64,000 nt of DNA from a bacterium (lineage in GTDB: Bacteria > Desulfobacterota_D > UBA1144): contig JABILG010000019.1 of NCBI GenBank assembly GCA_018654605.1, positions 88,742 through 152,741 on the forward strand, written 5' to 3'. Below, in pieces: positions 18,155 through 28,811 of the stretch. Within the stretch, counting starts at the first letter, position 1. The number at the start of each line of letters is the position of its first letter. Made by a program: the position numbers and the translations under genes. The notes under the pieces were generated by a model. The model ran no database searches and had not been told where the DNA came from. It saw only the letters and a list, made by a program, of their open reading frames with translations.

Positions 18155-19420
18155 ATGAGTAAGTATATAGCTTTAATTGATTGTAATAATTTCTATGCCT
18201 CATGTGAGCGCGTATTTGACCCATCATTACAAGATAAGCCAGTTGTTGTTCTCTCTAATAATGATGGATGTGTTATCGCGAGGTCTGCCGAAGCTAAGAT
18301 GGTTGGAATAAAGATGGGAGAGCCATTGTTCAGGTGCAAAGATATTATTAAGAAAGAGTCGGTAAGAGTTTTTTCATCTAACTATACTTTATATGCGGAC
18401 ATGTCTAATAGGGTAATGAGCATCATTAAGAATCATTTTGAAGACGTAGAGATTTATTCTATAGATGAGGCATTTGTTTTTATTGAGACAATTTCAGTTG
18501 ATAATTTATCTAAAGAGCTTGTAGCTTTAAGAAATAAAATCTTAAAATGGACTGGGATACCTGTATCTATAGGTGTGTCGACAACAAAGACTTTGGCAAA
18601 ATTAGCAGGAAGAAAAGCAAAAAAGAATTTAGGCGTTTACTGCCTTTGTGCTCGTAAAGATTTTACCAATGTTTTGAGAGAAACACCGGTAGGATCAGTC
18701 TGGGGGATAGGACGTAGGTTAGAAAAAAGAATTCTTTTAAAGGGCATATCTAATGCTTACCAGTTAAGTTTTTTTGATCACAAAAAAGCCAGAAGTCTTG
18801 GTAGTATAAACCTTGTTCGCACCATTTTGGAGCTTAATGGGCTTTCATGTCTGGGTATTGATTCAGCACCTGAGAACAAAAGACAGATTACAACTTCTAG
18901 GGCTTTTGGAAGCCCCATATATACCTTAGATTTGCTTCAGGAGGCAGTTTCAGTGTATATGTCTCGCGCTGCCGAAAAGCTGAGATTTCAGGGTTCAAGT
19001 TGCTCTACTATTACTGTAGCTCTTTCTACAAATCGTTTTAGTCAAAGAGAAGATTATAAGTTCCTTGTTAAAACCCAATCATTAATTTCTTCGACAGACT
19101 CAACGTCTAAGCTGATTAGTGTAGGTAAAGAAATTTTAGAGTCTATATTTAAGAAAGGACTCGGCTATAAGAAGGCTCATATCTTTCTTTCCGGCCTGGA
19201 GAAATCTACCTCAAAACAATATTCGCTAGAAGATAATGTTGCTTCTATAGCCAAGGAGACGAACCTTATGAGAGTGCTGGATAGGCTAAATATTTTCTAT
19301 GGTAGAGATACATTGAAATATGCTAGTACAGGGATTTCACGTGATTGGCTTATGAAAAGAGAGAAGAAATCTCAAAGCTATACAACTAATTGGAGCGAGA
19401 TTCTTACAATACAACTATAA
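18155..19420 (+). CDS. umuC: Y-family DNA polymerase V catalytic subunit UmuC
   Basis: [20 protein letters not shown]...[16 protein letters not shown]-terminus typical of UmuC; 421 aa; 1-nt spacing from umuD. Confidence 0.85.
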   Translation: MSKYIALIDCNNFYASCERVFDPSLQDKPVVVLSNNDGCVIARSAEAKMVGIKMGEPLFRCKDIIKKESVRVFSSNYTLYADMSNRVMSIIKNHFEDVEIYSIDEAFVFIETISVDNLSKELVALRNKILKWTGIPVSIGVSTTKTLAKLAGRKAKKNLGVYCLCARKDFTNVLRETPVGSVWGIGRRLEKRILLKGISNAYQLSFFDHKKARSLGSINLVRTILELNGLSCLGIDSAPENKRQITTSRAFGSPIYTLDLLQEAVSVYMSRAAEKLRFQGSSCSTITVALSTNRFSQREDYKFLVKTQSLISSTDSTSKLISVGKEILESIFKKGLGYKKAHIFLSGLEKSTSKQYSLEDNVASIAKETNLMRVLDRLNIFYGRDTLKYASTGISRDWLMKREKKSQSYTTNWSEILTIQL

Positions 19421-19831
19421 TATTATATAAGTTATACAGATAACCTTGAGAAACCAAAGGAAAACTCTAATTATGTTTCCATTAATTAATTTATTGATTT
19501 CTAGGATTGATTTACCTGAAGAAAGTTTGTTATGGCTAGGGATTTGTAAAATAAATGTCGTAACCCAGATTAAAAAAACTATTAATAAATTAGCTAATGA
19601 GAATAGGGAGTAGTAAAAATAGCATATTAATATTGATGTAGTGGCCTCAATAATCATCAAAGGAAGGACAATGAAAGAAATATTTTTTACATGAAATTTA
19701 TGAAATTCTATAAAATTAGCATCACTAATAAATTTGAAGGACTTATAGTGTACAAAGTGAATTATTAATATAAGGCCAAGTAATGCAGATGAGGTAATTA
19801 AATTAGAGTAAAAAAGAAGTACGTATTCCAT
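19415..19831 (-). CDS. hypothetical small 4-TM membrane protein
   Basis: Hydrophobicity only; contiguous with downstream oxidoreductase gene. Confidence 0.35.
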   Translation of the reverse strand: MEYVLLFYSNLITSSALLGLILIIHFVHYKSFKFISDANFIEFHKFHVKNISFIVLPLMIIEATTSILICYFYYSLFSLANLLIVFLIWVTTFILQIPSHNKLSSGKSILEINKLINGNIIRVFLWFLKVICITYIIL

Positions 19832-21024
19832 TAATATAATGACACCACTAAGTTAGTGCCAGATTGAATAGAGCCATTTAAAGAAGGTTCTGATAAATAG
19901 TCACCAGCAAAATATATTTGATTAGAATATTCATAAAAACATTTATCTCTGAAGTTAAATAAATCCTTTGTTGAAGGAAGTGCATTAACAACTTTGATAT
20001 CTTTTAAGAAATTGATTTCATCCATATTCTTAAAATAACTTAAAATTTCATTTTCTATAGTGTCTTTGTCGCTATTAATTGATAAAGAGGAGGCGGAAAG
20101 AATTAGTTGATCATTGTCCAGTCTGTTGAATGACATATTGGCAATATTCTTTGATTCAGGGAATAAGTATATTAAGCAATCATCAATATCCTTAATTTTA
20201 ACTTTAAAGTAGAAGCACCTAGTACTGTTATATTCTAGATTTTTAAAAAATCCTTTATTTATTTTTTGGTCAATGGCACCCTCGATTTGAGGGTCAGTAC
20301 ATAATAGTTTTTTAAAATAAAAAGTTTCCCCACTATTTGTTGTTAAATAATTACTATAAATTTGCTCCACTTTGACATTTTGTTTGATTTTTCTATAATC
20401 AAGCTTTTCTGCAATTTTTTGGATTATCTGGTTTATTCCATATTGGGGTATGCAGACCTGACTAGTTGCAAAGAGATTGAATATGAAAAAAAAATACCTT
20501 AGAGGAACATTTAGTTTTTTATCTAAAAATACTCCTTGAAAAAAAGATATAAAGAAATCATTGATAAACGACTCTGTGAATCCAAAATCTTTAAGAAATT
20601 TTAACACCTTAATGTTTTGATTTTCATATCTATTGCTTAGCATGAAAAGCTTAATTAATAGATATTTATCTTTTATAGTAAAGCCTGGGAAAGTATTATT
20701 GAAAAATATAGCCTGAAAGTTTTTTAGAGGATTTAATACCTTGAATATCTTATCTTTTTTCTTTATAGCAAAGCCAGATTTAAACTTTTTATATGGAATA
20801 TTATTAATTTCCGGAAATAATTTTAGTGTCGGATAATCTCTTAGTAGAATTTGAAAGCCTCTATCTAAATTATATTCAGATAGACTTATTGTTGAAATTT
20901 TTCCACCCATAGTAATGTTTTTATCTAAGATTAAATAACTAATGTTCTTGGCAGATAAAAGTTTAGCTATAGTAAGTCCTGTTATACCGCTTCCAATTAT
21001 AATATTATCATATGAGTTGTTCAT
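19831..21024 (-). CDS. FAD/NAD(P)-binding amine-oxidase-type oxidoreductase
   Basis: N-terminal IIIGSGITGLTIAKLL...LDKN..GGK dinucleotide-binding fold; 397 aa. Confidence 0.65.
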   Translation of the reverse strand: MNNSYDNIIIGSGITGLTIAKLLSAKNISYLILDKNITMGGKISTISLSEYNLDRGFQILLRDYPTLKLFPEINNIPYKKFKSGFAIKKKDKIFKVLNPLKNFQAIFFNNTFPGFTIKDKYLLIKLFMLSNRYENQNIKVLKFLKDFGFTESFINDFFISFFQGVFLDKKLNVPLRYFFFIFNLFATSQVCIPQYGINQIIQKIAEKLDYRKIKQNVKVEQIYSNYLTTNSGETFYFKKLLCTDPQIEGAIDQKINKGFFKNLEYNSTRCFYFKVKIKDIDDCLIYLFPESKNIANMSFNRLDNDQLILSASSLSINSDKDTIENEILSYFKNMDEINFLKDIKVVNALPSTKDLFNFRDKCFYEYSNQIYFAGDYLSEPSLNGSIQSGTNLVVSLY

Positions 21025-21731
21025 TCTGATGGCGGCAATATCCAGTTTCCAATTTTACCCGCATTACCATGGACCCCTTTAAATATGATTGATAAACTAA
21101 ACGAAGCAAAGAAAATAATAATTCTGGAAATATTAGGCAGTCCAAAATTTTTTTCAATTTTTGAATTTAATCTTGATTGGGTTGAAGGTATTGGATAAAA
21201 AATTGATTCAACTGCTTTACTTCTATTGTAATTTTTGTCTTGATTTTCTTCATAAATATTCAAATTTTCTTTAAATAAATTTAAATCTTTCTTTTTCATA
21301 ATATTGTCTATATTATAAATACCTCTTTGGCTTAATGTAGGCAAAATTAATATATATACAAATCCAATTATATTGAATATTAGTGAAACTTTAATAGTAA
21401 AAGCTACAGCAGAGATATTAGTATTTGAATAGTATGAATAAAGAATTATGAATAAAATAGTATTAATAACGATGCTAAATATGTAAGACCTAATATGATT
21501 TTTTTTCTTGATGTTTAACTTAAACCTCTCTAAATGGAATTTATAGTTTTTGAAGTTTTGCCTGGTCCAATGTTTAGGCACCACAATTATAGTGTCTTTA
21601 AAGGTTCTTAAGATATTCATTGTCATATATGAGGGTGCTTCTGGAATAATGATTAATGAAAATCCATCTATTTTATCGGACTTACCTTTCATGAATGTTT
21701 TTATTGATAATTCCTGAAGTGGTAACAACAT
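21021..21731 (-). CDS. hypothetical membrane protein
   Basis: Central hydrophobic helices; ATGA overlap with downstream oxidoreductase gene. Confidence 0.4.
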   Translation of the reverse strand: MLLPLQELSIKTFMKGKSDKIDGFSLIIIPEAPSYMTMNILRTFKDTIIVVPKHWTRQNFKNYKFHLERFKLNIKKKNHIRSYIFSIVINTILFIILYSYYSNTNISAVAFTIKVSLIFNIIGFVYILILPTLSQRGIYNIDNIMKKKDLNLFKENLNIYEENQDKNYNRSKAVESIFYPIPSTQSRLNSKIEKNFGLPNISRIIIFFASFSLSIIFKGVHGNAGKIGNWILPPSE

Positions 21732-22070
21732 TAATTGGGTTATTGTTGATAATAGAATACAAAGGGAGAGGCTTTGTTTATGGTAGCTATAAAAAATTAT
21801 ACTCCCATATAATATAAAAATTAAAAAGAGAATTATATTGGCCGAGATTATTTCTAGTATCTTTTTTTCTTCTTTAGGATTTAGTTTTATATGAGAAAAA
21901 ATATCAAATGGTAAGGTGAATATTATTATAAAAATATGTAGACATAAACTGTTTTTATAGTGTTACCAAAGTGTAAGATTATATGATTTTCTATTTGGAA
22001 ATATAGAGCAATTATGGATGCAAGTACAATTACGCCTATATACAATATTCCAATTGATAATTTAGCATTA

Positions 22071-23027
22071 TTAAATTTCATTTTTAAGATATTTAGTAGC
22101 AATAGATATACCTGAATTAATTGCTCCATCAAACCTACCATTAGTAAATATATCGCCACATAAACCAATAAAATTATTAGTTCCTATATTGATAGAATCA
22201 CCTTCTGTGTAGAAATTTTTAGGGATAGAATATTTCCATTTATGGTTAGATAAAATTTCATATTCAGGACCGAATATATATTTTAGATTATCTTCTAACA
22301 TTAGATTAATCGAAGCGTAATCCTTTTCAAAATTTATAGCGCTAAATTCAGGTGAACATATTAATGTATAGAAGTTTTGTTTTTTTGAAACATTTTTCTT
22401 AAAATTATCAGCGATGAAACTAATAGGTCCTTCAGGGTTTTCTTGATAGAACTTTTTATCTAGATTTAAGGGCGCAGTAGATTCGATCATTAAAATTATT
22501 GCTAAATAATATTCCAACCTTTCCAAGCTCTCAAGATGAATTTTATTATAATTAATATTACTTTTTTCTATAATCTCTAGGGATTGTTTGATCGGGGAAG
22601 ATAAAATTATTGAATCAGTTAGAATCTTTTCGTTATTTTCAAAATTCATTTCAAGGGATCCATTGATTTCATTAATAGCTAATAGTTTGAATTCTTTTTT
22701 AACGTTCAGGTCTTTTGTTAAAAATTTGGCAATGTTCGTCATTCCATCTAAGCCAATAAAGATTCCAGGTTCTTCTGTTTCCGCAAGGGTCTTATTGTCA
22801 ATCAAGGTTCTTATCTCTGGACGTTGTAATAAAGAATCAATTTTGATATATTGGATTCCATGATCAAATTTTCCATCGTTTGCTCTTCTGGTTGCCAACC
22901 TGCCCCCAACACCTCTAGATTTATCAAATAACTGAACATTCTCTATTCCAGCTTTTTTTAGCTCTAGGGCTGCAAATATTCCGCTTATTCCACAACCAAT
23001 AATTGAAACTGAATTCTTACTATTCAT
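22071..23027 (-). CDS. renalase-like NAD(P)/FAD-dependent oxidoreductase (COG3380-type)
   Basis: VSIIGCGISGIFAALELKKAG...FDKSRGVGGRLATRR; 318 aa. Confidence 0.65.
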   Translation of the reverse strand: MNSKNSVSIIGCGISGIFAALELKKAGIENVQLFDKSRGVGGRLATRRANDGKFDHGIQYIKIDSLLQRPEIRTLIDNKTLAETEEPGIFIGLDGMTNIAKFLTKDLNVKKEFKLLAINEINGSLEMNFENNEKILTDSIILSSPIKQSLEIIEKSNINYNKIHLESLERLEYYLAIILMIESTAPLNLDKKFYQENPEGPISFIADNFKKNVSKKQNFYTLICSPEFSAINFEKDYASINLMLEDNLKYIFGPEYEILSNHKWKYSIPKNFYTEGDSINIGTNNFIGLCGDIFTNGRFDGAINSGISIATKYLKNEI

Positions 23028-23076
23028 TTTGTGATATATTTAACCTTGTTAAAAATTAATTATATATGATAACTAA

Positions 23077-24312
23077 ATGTTTAAAAAAATCAGAAATAAA
23101 TTAAGTTTACTAGGTCCAAGTCTTTTATGGGCTTCAGCTGCAATAGGGGTCTCACATATTGTTCAGTCAACTAGAGCAGGTGCAACTTATGGCTATGCTT
23201 TAATCGTAGTTGTTGTTCTTGCAAACGTTCTAAAGTACCCTTTCTTTGAATTTGCTACTAGATACACAGTGGTTAAAAACGAGACAGTCCTCGATGGATA
23301 CAAGAAGATAGGAAATTGGGCTATATATTTATATATTGCTTTAACTCTCGGTACAATGTTTACAATTCAAGCCGGTGTAACTCTTGTAACCGCGGCTATA
23401 TTTGAGAATTGGCTTAATTTGGATTTAGGGCTCTTTCTTTCATCGTTGATGATTTTATTGTCATGTATACTCATTATTAAATTAGTTAAAAGTAATTTCT
23501 TTATAAAATTTATAAAATCTTTAATCTTAGTCTTAATCTTGTCAACAGTTGCGTCAGCCATTCTAACAACTAATGTTGAAGCTGATGTTGCTAGTGATTT
23601 TTTGGCACCAGAGATTTTATCATATGTTGGTATCACTTTTGTAATAGCATTGGTAGGTTGGATGCCTTCACCAATTGACCTATCTGCTTGGTCATCAGTG
23701 TGGATAATGGAGAGAAGAAATGCGAATTCCAATTTTACCTTAAGAGATAATACTTTTGATTTCAATTTTTCTTATTTAACCACAACAATTCTAGCTGTTA
23801 TCTTTCTTGTTCTAGGGGCAAATGTTTTTTATGGCTCTAATGTAGAATTTGGTGCAACCGCATCGGGCTTTGTTAATCAGCTTGTAGAATTATACTCTTC
23901 GTTGGGTTCAGGTGCGAGAAATCTTATTCTTTTGTCAGCATTTAGTGCAATGTTTAGTACCACTATTACTTGCCTGGATGCATTTCCGAAAGTCTTAAGT
24001 AAATGCTCAGAATTAGTACTTAATGAAAGAAAATCTAAAGATTTACTTTTAATTATAGTCGTTGTAGGAACCTTGCTCTTAATCCAATATTTTTCCACCG
24101 AGATGAGAAGACTAGTCGATCTTGCAACTATTCTTTCATTTTTAACGTCGCCTTTTTTAGCCTACCTTAATTATAGGCTTATATATGCCTCTGATTTTCC
24201 TGTGGATTCTAGGCCACATTTTTTAATTAAGACATTAGCCCTTTTGGGCATATGGTTTTTAGTAATATTTAGTTTTTTATTTGTAGCAAATAAGATTGGA
24301 CTAATTTTTTAA
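23077..24312 (+). CDS. polytopic transporter, Nramp/MntH-like divalent-metal transporter family (tentative)
   Basis: ~11 TM; LGPSLLWASAAIGVSHIVQSTRAGATYGY resembles Nramp GPG...DPGN...AG region. Confidence 0.45.
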   Translation: MFKKIRNKLSLLGPSLLWASAAIGVSHIVQSTRAGATYGYALIVVVVLANVLKYPFFEFATRYTVVKNETVLDGYKKIGNWAIYLYIALTLGTMFTIQAGVTLVTAAIFENWLNLDLGLFLSSLMILLSCILIIKLVKSNFFIKFIKSLILVLILSTVASAILTTNVEADVASDFLAPEILSYVGITFVIALVGWMPSPIDLSAWSSVWIMERRNANSNFTLRDNTFDFNFSYLTTTILAVIFLVLGANVFYGSNVEFGATASGFVNQLVELYSSLGSGARNLILLSAFSAMFSTTITCLDAFPKVLSKCSELVLNERKSKDLLLIIVVVGTLLLIQYFSTEMRRLVDLATILSFLTSPFLAYLNYRLIYASDFPVDSRPHFLIKTLALLGIWFLVIFSFLFVANKIGLIF

Positions 24313-24353
24313 TTTATTCAACTTGGATATGAATAAGTTATAATATTAGAAGA

Positions 24354-24596
24354 ATGAAAGAAAGTTATATTAAAGAAAAAATTGAAGATTCTATACCTGG
24401 CACTTCTGTTAAGATTACTGGAGATGGTGTTCATTTTGAGGCCGTCATTATCAGCGAAAGTTTTGAAGGATTATCAACACTTGAGCGACATAAAGTAGTA
24501 TACTCTGCACTCGGTGATGATATGAAAGAAAAGATTCATGCATTGTCTATGAAGACATATACTCCTACAGAGAGTATGAAAGGAGAATTAAAATGA
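24354..24596 (+). CDS. bolA: BolA family protein
   Basis: 80 aa; HFEAVIISESFEGLSTLERHKVVYSAL BolA motif. Confidence 0.75.
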   Translation: MKESYIKEKIEDSIPGTSVKITGDGVHFEAVIISESFEGLSTLERHKVVYSALGDDMKEKIHALSMKTYTPTESMKGELK

Positions 24597-24904
24597 AAGA
24601 AGAAATCAAAGAGTTTATCGAGAACGCTATATCTAAAGATTTAGTTGTTCTTTTCATGAAAGGTAGTAGAGATATGCCAATGTGTGGTTTTTCTGCAAAA
24701 GTTATAGAGATATTAAATAATTTAAATGTCCCCTATCAGACCTACGATATATTGTCTGATGAAGATTTAAGATCAGGTATTAAAGAGTTTTCTAATTGGC
24801 CAACTATTCCTCAGCTTTATATAAATAAAGAATTTGTCGGTGGTTGCGACATTTGCATAGAGATGTCAGAGAATGGAGAGTTAGCTAAAAAGCTTAATAA
24901 TTAA
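24593..24904 (+). CDS. grxD: Grx4-type monothiol glutaredoxin
   Basis: VLFMKGSRDMPMCGFS CGFS active site; ATGA overlap with bolA. Confidence 0.85.
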   Translation: MKEEIKEFIENAISKDLVVLFMKGSRDMPMCGFSAKVIEILNNLNVPYQTYDILSDEDLRSGIKEFSNWPTIPQLYINKEFVGGCDICIEMSENGELAKKLNN

Positions 24905-27567
24905 TGAGCTCCAAAAGGATATTTCTATTAGATGCTAGCTCATATGTTTTTAGAGCCTATCATGCAGTTTCTTTTTTAACTAATTCTAAAAGTTTCCCAA
25001 CCAATGCTATTTATGGTTTTGTGAATATGTTTAATAAACTTTTGAAGGATTTTAAGCCAGAATTCCTTGTAGCAGTCTTTGATTCTGGCGGTAGTTCTTT
25101 TAGAAATGACATTTATGATCAATATAAAGCAAACAGGGGGGAGGCGCCTGAAGATATCTCGTTGCAATTTCCAAAAATTATTGAGTATTTAGAAGCATCC
25201 GGGATTAAGACAATTAAAATGGACAATTATGAGGCTGATGATTTAATTGGCTCTATTGCAGAAAAGTTTAAAGATAAGAATAAGATTTCCATTATTTCTG
25301 GCGATAAAGATTTTGTTCAACTGATAGATAAGAACGTAAATATGATTGATACAATGAAGGGAAAGACTACTAATATTAAAGAGGTCCAAGAAAAATATGA
25401 TTTAGATCCTGAGTGTATGATAGATTTTTTTGCTTTGGTTGGAGATTCAATAGACAATATTCCGGGAGTTAAGGGTATTGGACCTAAAACGGCCGCACCT
25501 CTTATAAAAGAATACGGATCGATTGAGAACTTATATAATAATTTAGAAAAGTTAGAGAAAGAAAGAATTAAAAATCTTTTAATTGAATATTCTGAAGATG
25601 CAAAGTTAAGTAAGATTCTAGTAACAATAAAGAAGAACCTGCCTGTTGATGATAAAATTGAAGATTTTAGAATTTCTGAACCTAATATTGTTTCTTTAAA
25701 TAAATTATTTAAGGAATTAGAATTTGATTCTTTTATAAAAGAGGAGAAAATAGAAGTTGCTGATATATTATCTAATTATGAAACTATATTAAAAGAAGAA
25801 GATTTCAAAAATTTGTTAAAAATATTAAACAAACAACAGCATGTATCCTTAGACTTAGAAACAACTTCAGTTCTGGCTATCAGCGCTAAGATTATTGGCA
25901 TATCTTTTTCTTTTGAACCAGGCAGTGGATATTATATACCCTTAGGGCACACAGAGGATATAGTTCAACTAGACATTAATCATGTGTTAAAAGAGCTTAA
26001 ACCAATTCTAGAAAATAAAAAGATTAAGAAGATAGGTCAAAATCTTAAGTATGAGACTATAATCTTTAAAAACTACGGTATAGATCTTGATGGTATTTAC
26101 TTTGACACAATGATTGCTGCCCACTCTATTGATAGTTCATTGCAAAGCTATAGTCTCGATAATCTAGCTAGAAGATTTCTAGATTATAAGATGATTTCTT
26201 ATAAAGATGTGACAAAAGTGGATAAGAAGTCAATCCCGTTTGCTGATGTACCTATAGATAAAGCTTCAACTTATTCATGTGAAGACGCAGATATTACTTT
26301 AAAGCTCTACAGTTTCTTTTTGGAAAGATTAAAAAAGTACAATTTGCTAGAAAACTTCTTAGATTATGAAATTCCATTTATTAAAGTCTTGGCCGATATA
26401 GAGTTTGTAGGCGTTAATATTAATGTTAAAAGACTTGCTAAGCTATCAAAAGAGTTCCATAAGATAATCACAGATATTCAAGCCAGGATTTATAAGTTGA
26501 TTGAAAAAGAGATCAACTTAAACTCTCCCATGCAACTAAGAGAGGTTCTTTTTAACGAATTAGGATTAAAGCCTAACAAGAAAACAAAGACAGGAGAGTT
26601 TTCTACTGATTCACAAACTTTACAAGGGATTGTTGATCAGCACGACGTGGTTGAATTAATCCTATTATATAGATTTTATTCTAAATTGCAGACAACTTAT
26701 ATAGATGCATTGCCCGATTTGATAGATGAAGGAACAAAAAGAATTCATACTTCATATAATCATGTAGGCACCTCAACAGGAAGGTTGTCTTCTAGTAGCC
26801 CTAATCTGCAGAATATACCAATAAAGACCAGCGAGGGTAAAAGAATTAGGGATTCATTTACTTCAGCTAATAAAAGCAAATTGATTATGTCCGCTGATTA
26901 CTCTCAAATAGAATTGAGGCTTTTAGCACACTTCTCTTTGGATCCTTTAATGGTTGAGAGTTTCAATGCAAATGATGATATTCATTCAATTACTGCGGGG
27001 GAAATCTTTAATATTGAGAAAGGTAAAGTTAGCGAGGATCAAAGAAGATTAGCTAAAACGATTAATTTTGGAATTCTATATGGAATTGGATCAAAACGTT
27101 TGTCCCAACAGATTAAACAGGATTCAAAAACTGCAAAGTCATTTATAGAAAAATACTTCAACAAATACAACTCTGTACAAAGCTATTTCCAAAAAACTAT
27201 TGATGATACAAGAAGCAAGGGTTATTCAGAGACAATTCTAAATAGAAGAAGATATCTACCAGATATTAATTCTAATAATTTCATGCTTCGTGCTGCTGGT
27301 GAAAGAGCCGCAATAAATAGCCCGATTCAAGGATCTGCTGCAGACATTATTAAGATGGCTATGATTTTAATTAATAAAGATAAAAATCTTTTGGAACACT
27401 GCTCCATGATAATGCAAGTTCATGATGAATTAGTCTTTGAAGTTGATCAAACGAAGATTAAGGAAGTATCGAAAAAGATTGAAAACCATATGATAAGTTG
27501 TATAACATTAAATGTACCTTTAGTTGTAGATATAGGTTTTGGTAACACATGGGCAGAGTCACACTAA
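24904..27567 (+). CDS. polA: DNA polymerase I
   Basis: 887 aa; 5'-3' exonuclease N-terminus, 3'-5' exo and family A polymerase motifs (RRLAKTINFGILYG, QVHDELVFE). Confidence 0.95.
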   Translation: MSSKRIFLLDASSYVFRAYHAVSFLTNSKSFPTNAIYGFVNMFNKLLKDFKPEFLVAVFDSGGSSFRNDIYDQYKANRGEAPEDISLQFPKIIEYLEASGIKTIKMDNYEADDLIGSIAEKFKDKNKISIISGDKDFVQLIDKNVNMIDTMKGKTTNIKEVQEKYDLDPECMIDFFALVGDSIDNIPGVKGIGPKTAAPLIKEYGSIENLYNNLEKLEKERIKNLLIEYSEDAKLSKILVTIKKNLPVDDKIEDFRISEPNIVSLNKLFKELEFDSFIKEEKIEVADILSNYETILKEEDFKNLLKILNKQQHVSLDLETTSVLAISAKIIGISFSFEPGSGYYIPLGHTEDIVQLDINHVLKELKPILENKKIKKIGQNLKYETIIFKNYGIDLDGIYFDTMIAAHSIDSSLQSYSLDNLARRFLDYKMISYKDVTKVDKKSIPFADVPIDKASTYSCEDADITLKLYSFFLERLKKYNLLENFLDYEIPFIKVLADIEFVGVNINVKRLAKLSKEFHKIITDIQARIYKLIEKEINLNSPMQLREVLFNELGLKPNKKTKTGEFSTDSQTLQGIVDQHDVVELILLYRFYSKLQTTYIDALPDLIDEGTKRIHTSYNHVGTSTGRLSSSSPNLQNIPIKTSEGKRIRDSFTSANKSKLIMSADYSQIELRLLAHFSLDPLMVESFNANDDIHSITAGEIFNIEKGKVSEDQRRLAKTINFGILYGIGSKRLSQQIKQDSKTAKSFIEKYFNKYNSVQSYFQKTIDDTRSKGYSETILNRRRYLPDINSNNFMLRAAGERAAINSPIQGSAADIIKMAMILINKDKNLLEHCSMIMQVHDELVFEVDQTKIKEVSKKIENHMISCITLNVPLVVDIGFGNTWAESH

Positions 27568-28811
27568 CCTTTTTATTATATTTGATTATTATCTTTGTCG
27601 GTACTTGTATCAATTCTTTCTCCTTAACAACGACTGAGATAATTAATAATCAATTAAAAATTAGTCCCAATTTAGGAATCTATATAAAGAATCTTACAAA
27701 AGGAAAAGTTATTTCTAGCCACAATTCTAACAAAAAATTTATTCCCGCTTCAAATCAAAAGATTATAACTACTCTATCTTCGTTAAACTACCTAAGTAGC
27801 AATTATAGATTTAATTCATATTTCTTTGTTAATAATATTGGCATAGATACTTTTAAACCTAATAAGCTTATCGAAGAAGGATCCGCGATAAATTTCTATA
27901 TTGATACCAGAGGTGACCCAACTCTAAGCTCGGGAGATATAGTAAGAATAGTACGATTTTTTAAAAAGAAGAACTTAAGGTCTATCAAGGGCAATATTAT
28001 CTTAGATAATACTTATTTTGAAGAACCTTATTTTAATAATAATTGGAAGAAGTCCTGGAAGGGTTTGGTTTGGGCCCCACATGTTTCTTCAGTTGCGGTA
28101 GATGAGAATCTATATAAAGCAAAGGGCAATAAGGATTTACTTATGACAGATAATCCATTGTATCTATTAGGAATCAAATTATTACGTGAGTTCAGGAAGC
28201 AGGGAATACAAGTTAAGGGTAAAGTTGTTTTGTCCAGAATACCTGTTAAAACAAAGATGAGGTTTAATAAAGTAATCTATAAACACTCATCTAAAGATTT
28301 AGGACGAATTGTTAAAGTTGTAAACAAAAAAAGTAATAATCTATATGCTGAACATTTATTTAAGAAGTTATCAGCTAATTTTTACAGAAGCGAAGGTTCT
28401 TGGAAAAGTTCCGCAGCATTTGTTAGCAGCTTTCTAGTAAAAAAGGTTGGTCTAAATAGTGGCAGTTTTTATATTAGTGATGGTTCTGGATTATCAAGAA
28501 AAAATAAGATTACCCCAAAGTCTATGGTTTTGTTGCTAGATTTTGCCAGAGAAACCGAGTATTTTCCTTATTTTTATGCCTCACTCCCCTTAGCCGGTGT
28601 TGATGGAACATTGTTAAAAAGATTTAAGTCTAAACCTTTATATAAAAACTTAAGAGCTAAAACAGGATATATAAATAAAGTAAGCTCGCTTTCTGGTTAT
28701 TTTACGTCTAAAAACGGTGACTTGTATGCTTTTTCAATAATAGTTAATAATTATAATTATTCTGTCAGACCTTTTATAGATAGGTTGCTCACAAAGATTT
28801 ATTATTTATAA
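27549..28811 (+). CDS. dacB: D-alanyl-D-alanine carboxypeptidase/endopeptidase (PBP4, peptidase S13)
   Basis: Signal peptide; IPASNQKIITT SxxK motif; 420 aa. Confidence 0.7.
   Translation: MGRVTLTFLLYLIIIFVGTCINSFSLTTTEIINNQLKISPNLGIYIKNLTKGKVISSHNSNKKFIPASNQKIITTLSSLNYLSSNYRFNSYFFVNNIGIDTFKPNKLIEEGSAINFYIDTRGDPTLSSGDIVRIVRFFKKKNLRSIKGNIILDNTYFEEPYFNNNWKKSWKGLVWAPHVSSVAVDENLYKAKGNKDLLMTDNPLYLLGIKLLREFRKQGIQVKGKVVLSRIPVKTKMRFNKVIYKHSSKDLGRIVKVVNKKSNNLYAEHLFKKLSANFYRSEGSWKSSAAFVSSFLVKKVGLNSGSFYISDGSGLSRKNKITPKSMVLLLDFARETEYFPYFYASLPLAGVDGTLLKRFKSKPLYKNLRAKTGYINKVSSLSGYFTSKNGDLYAFSIIVNNYNYSVRPFIDRLLTKIYYL

Noticed and set aside
21732-22070. 339-bp gap with an 80-aa hydrophobic ORF (21926-22168) as a small membrane gene or ncRNA
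   Set aside because: The ORF overlaps the renalase-like gene 3' end in another frame and has no RBS or conservation evidence. No structured RNA motif was recognized.
24314-24336. Inverted repeat TTATTCA-N9-TGAATAA after the transporter gene as a terminator
   Set aside because: Short AT-only stem, no T-tract; it overlaps a likely bolA promoter region. Too weak to call.
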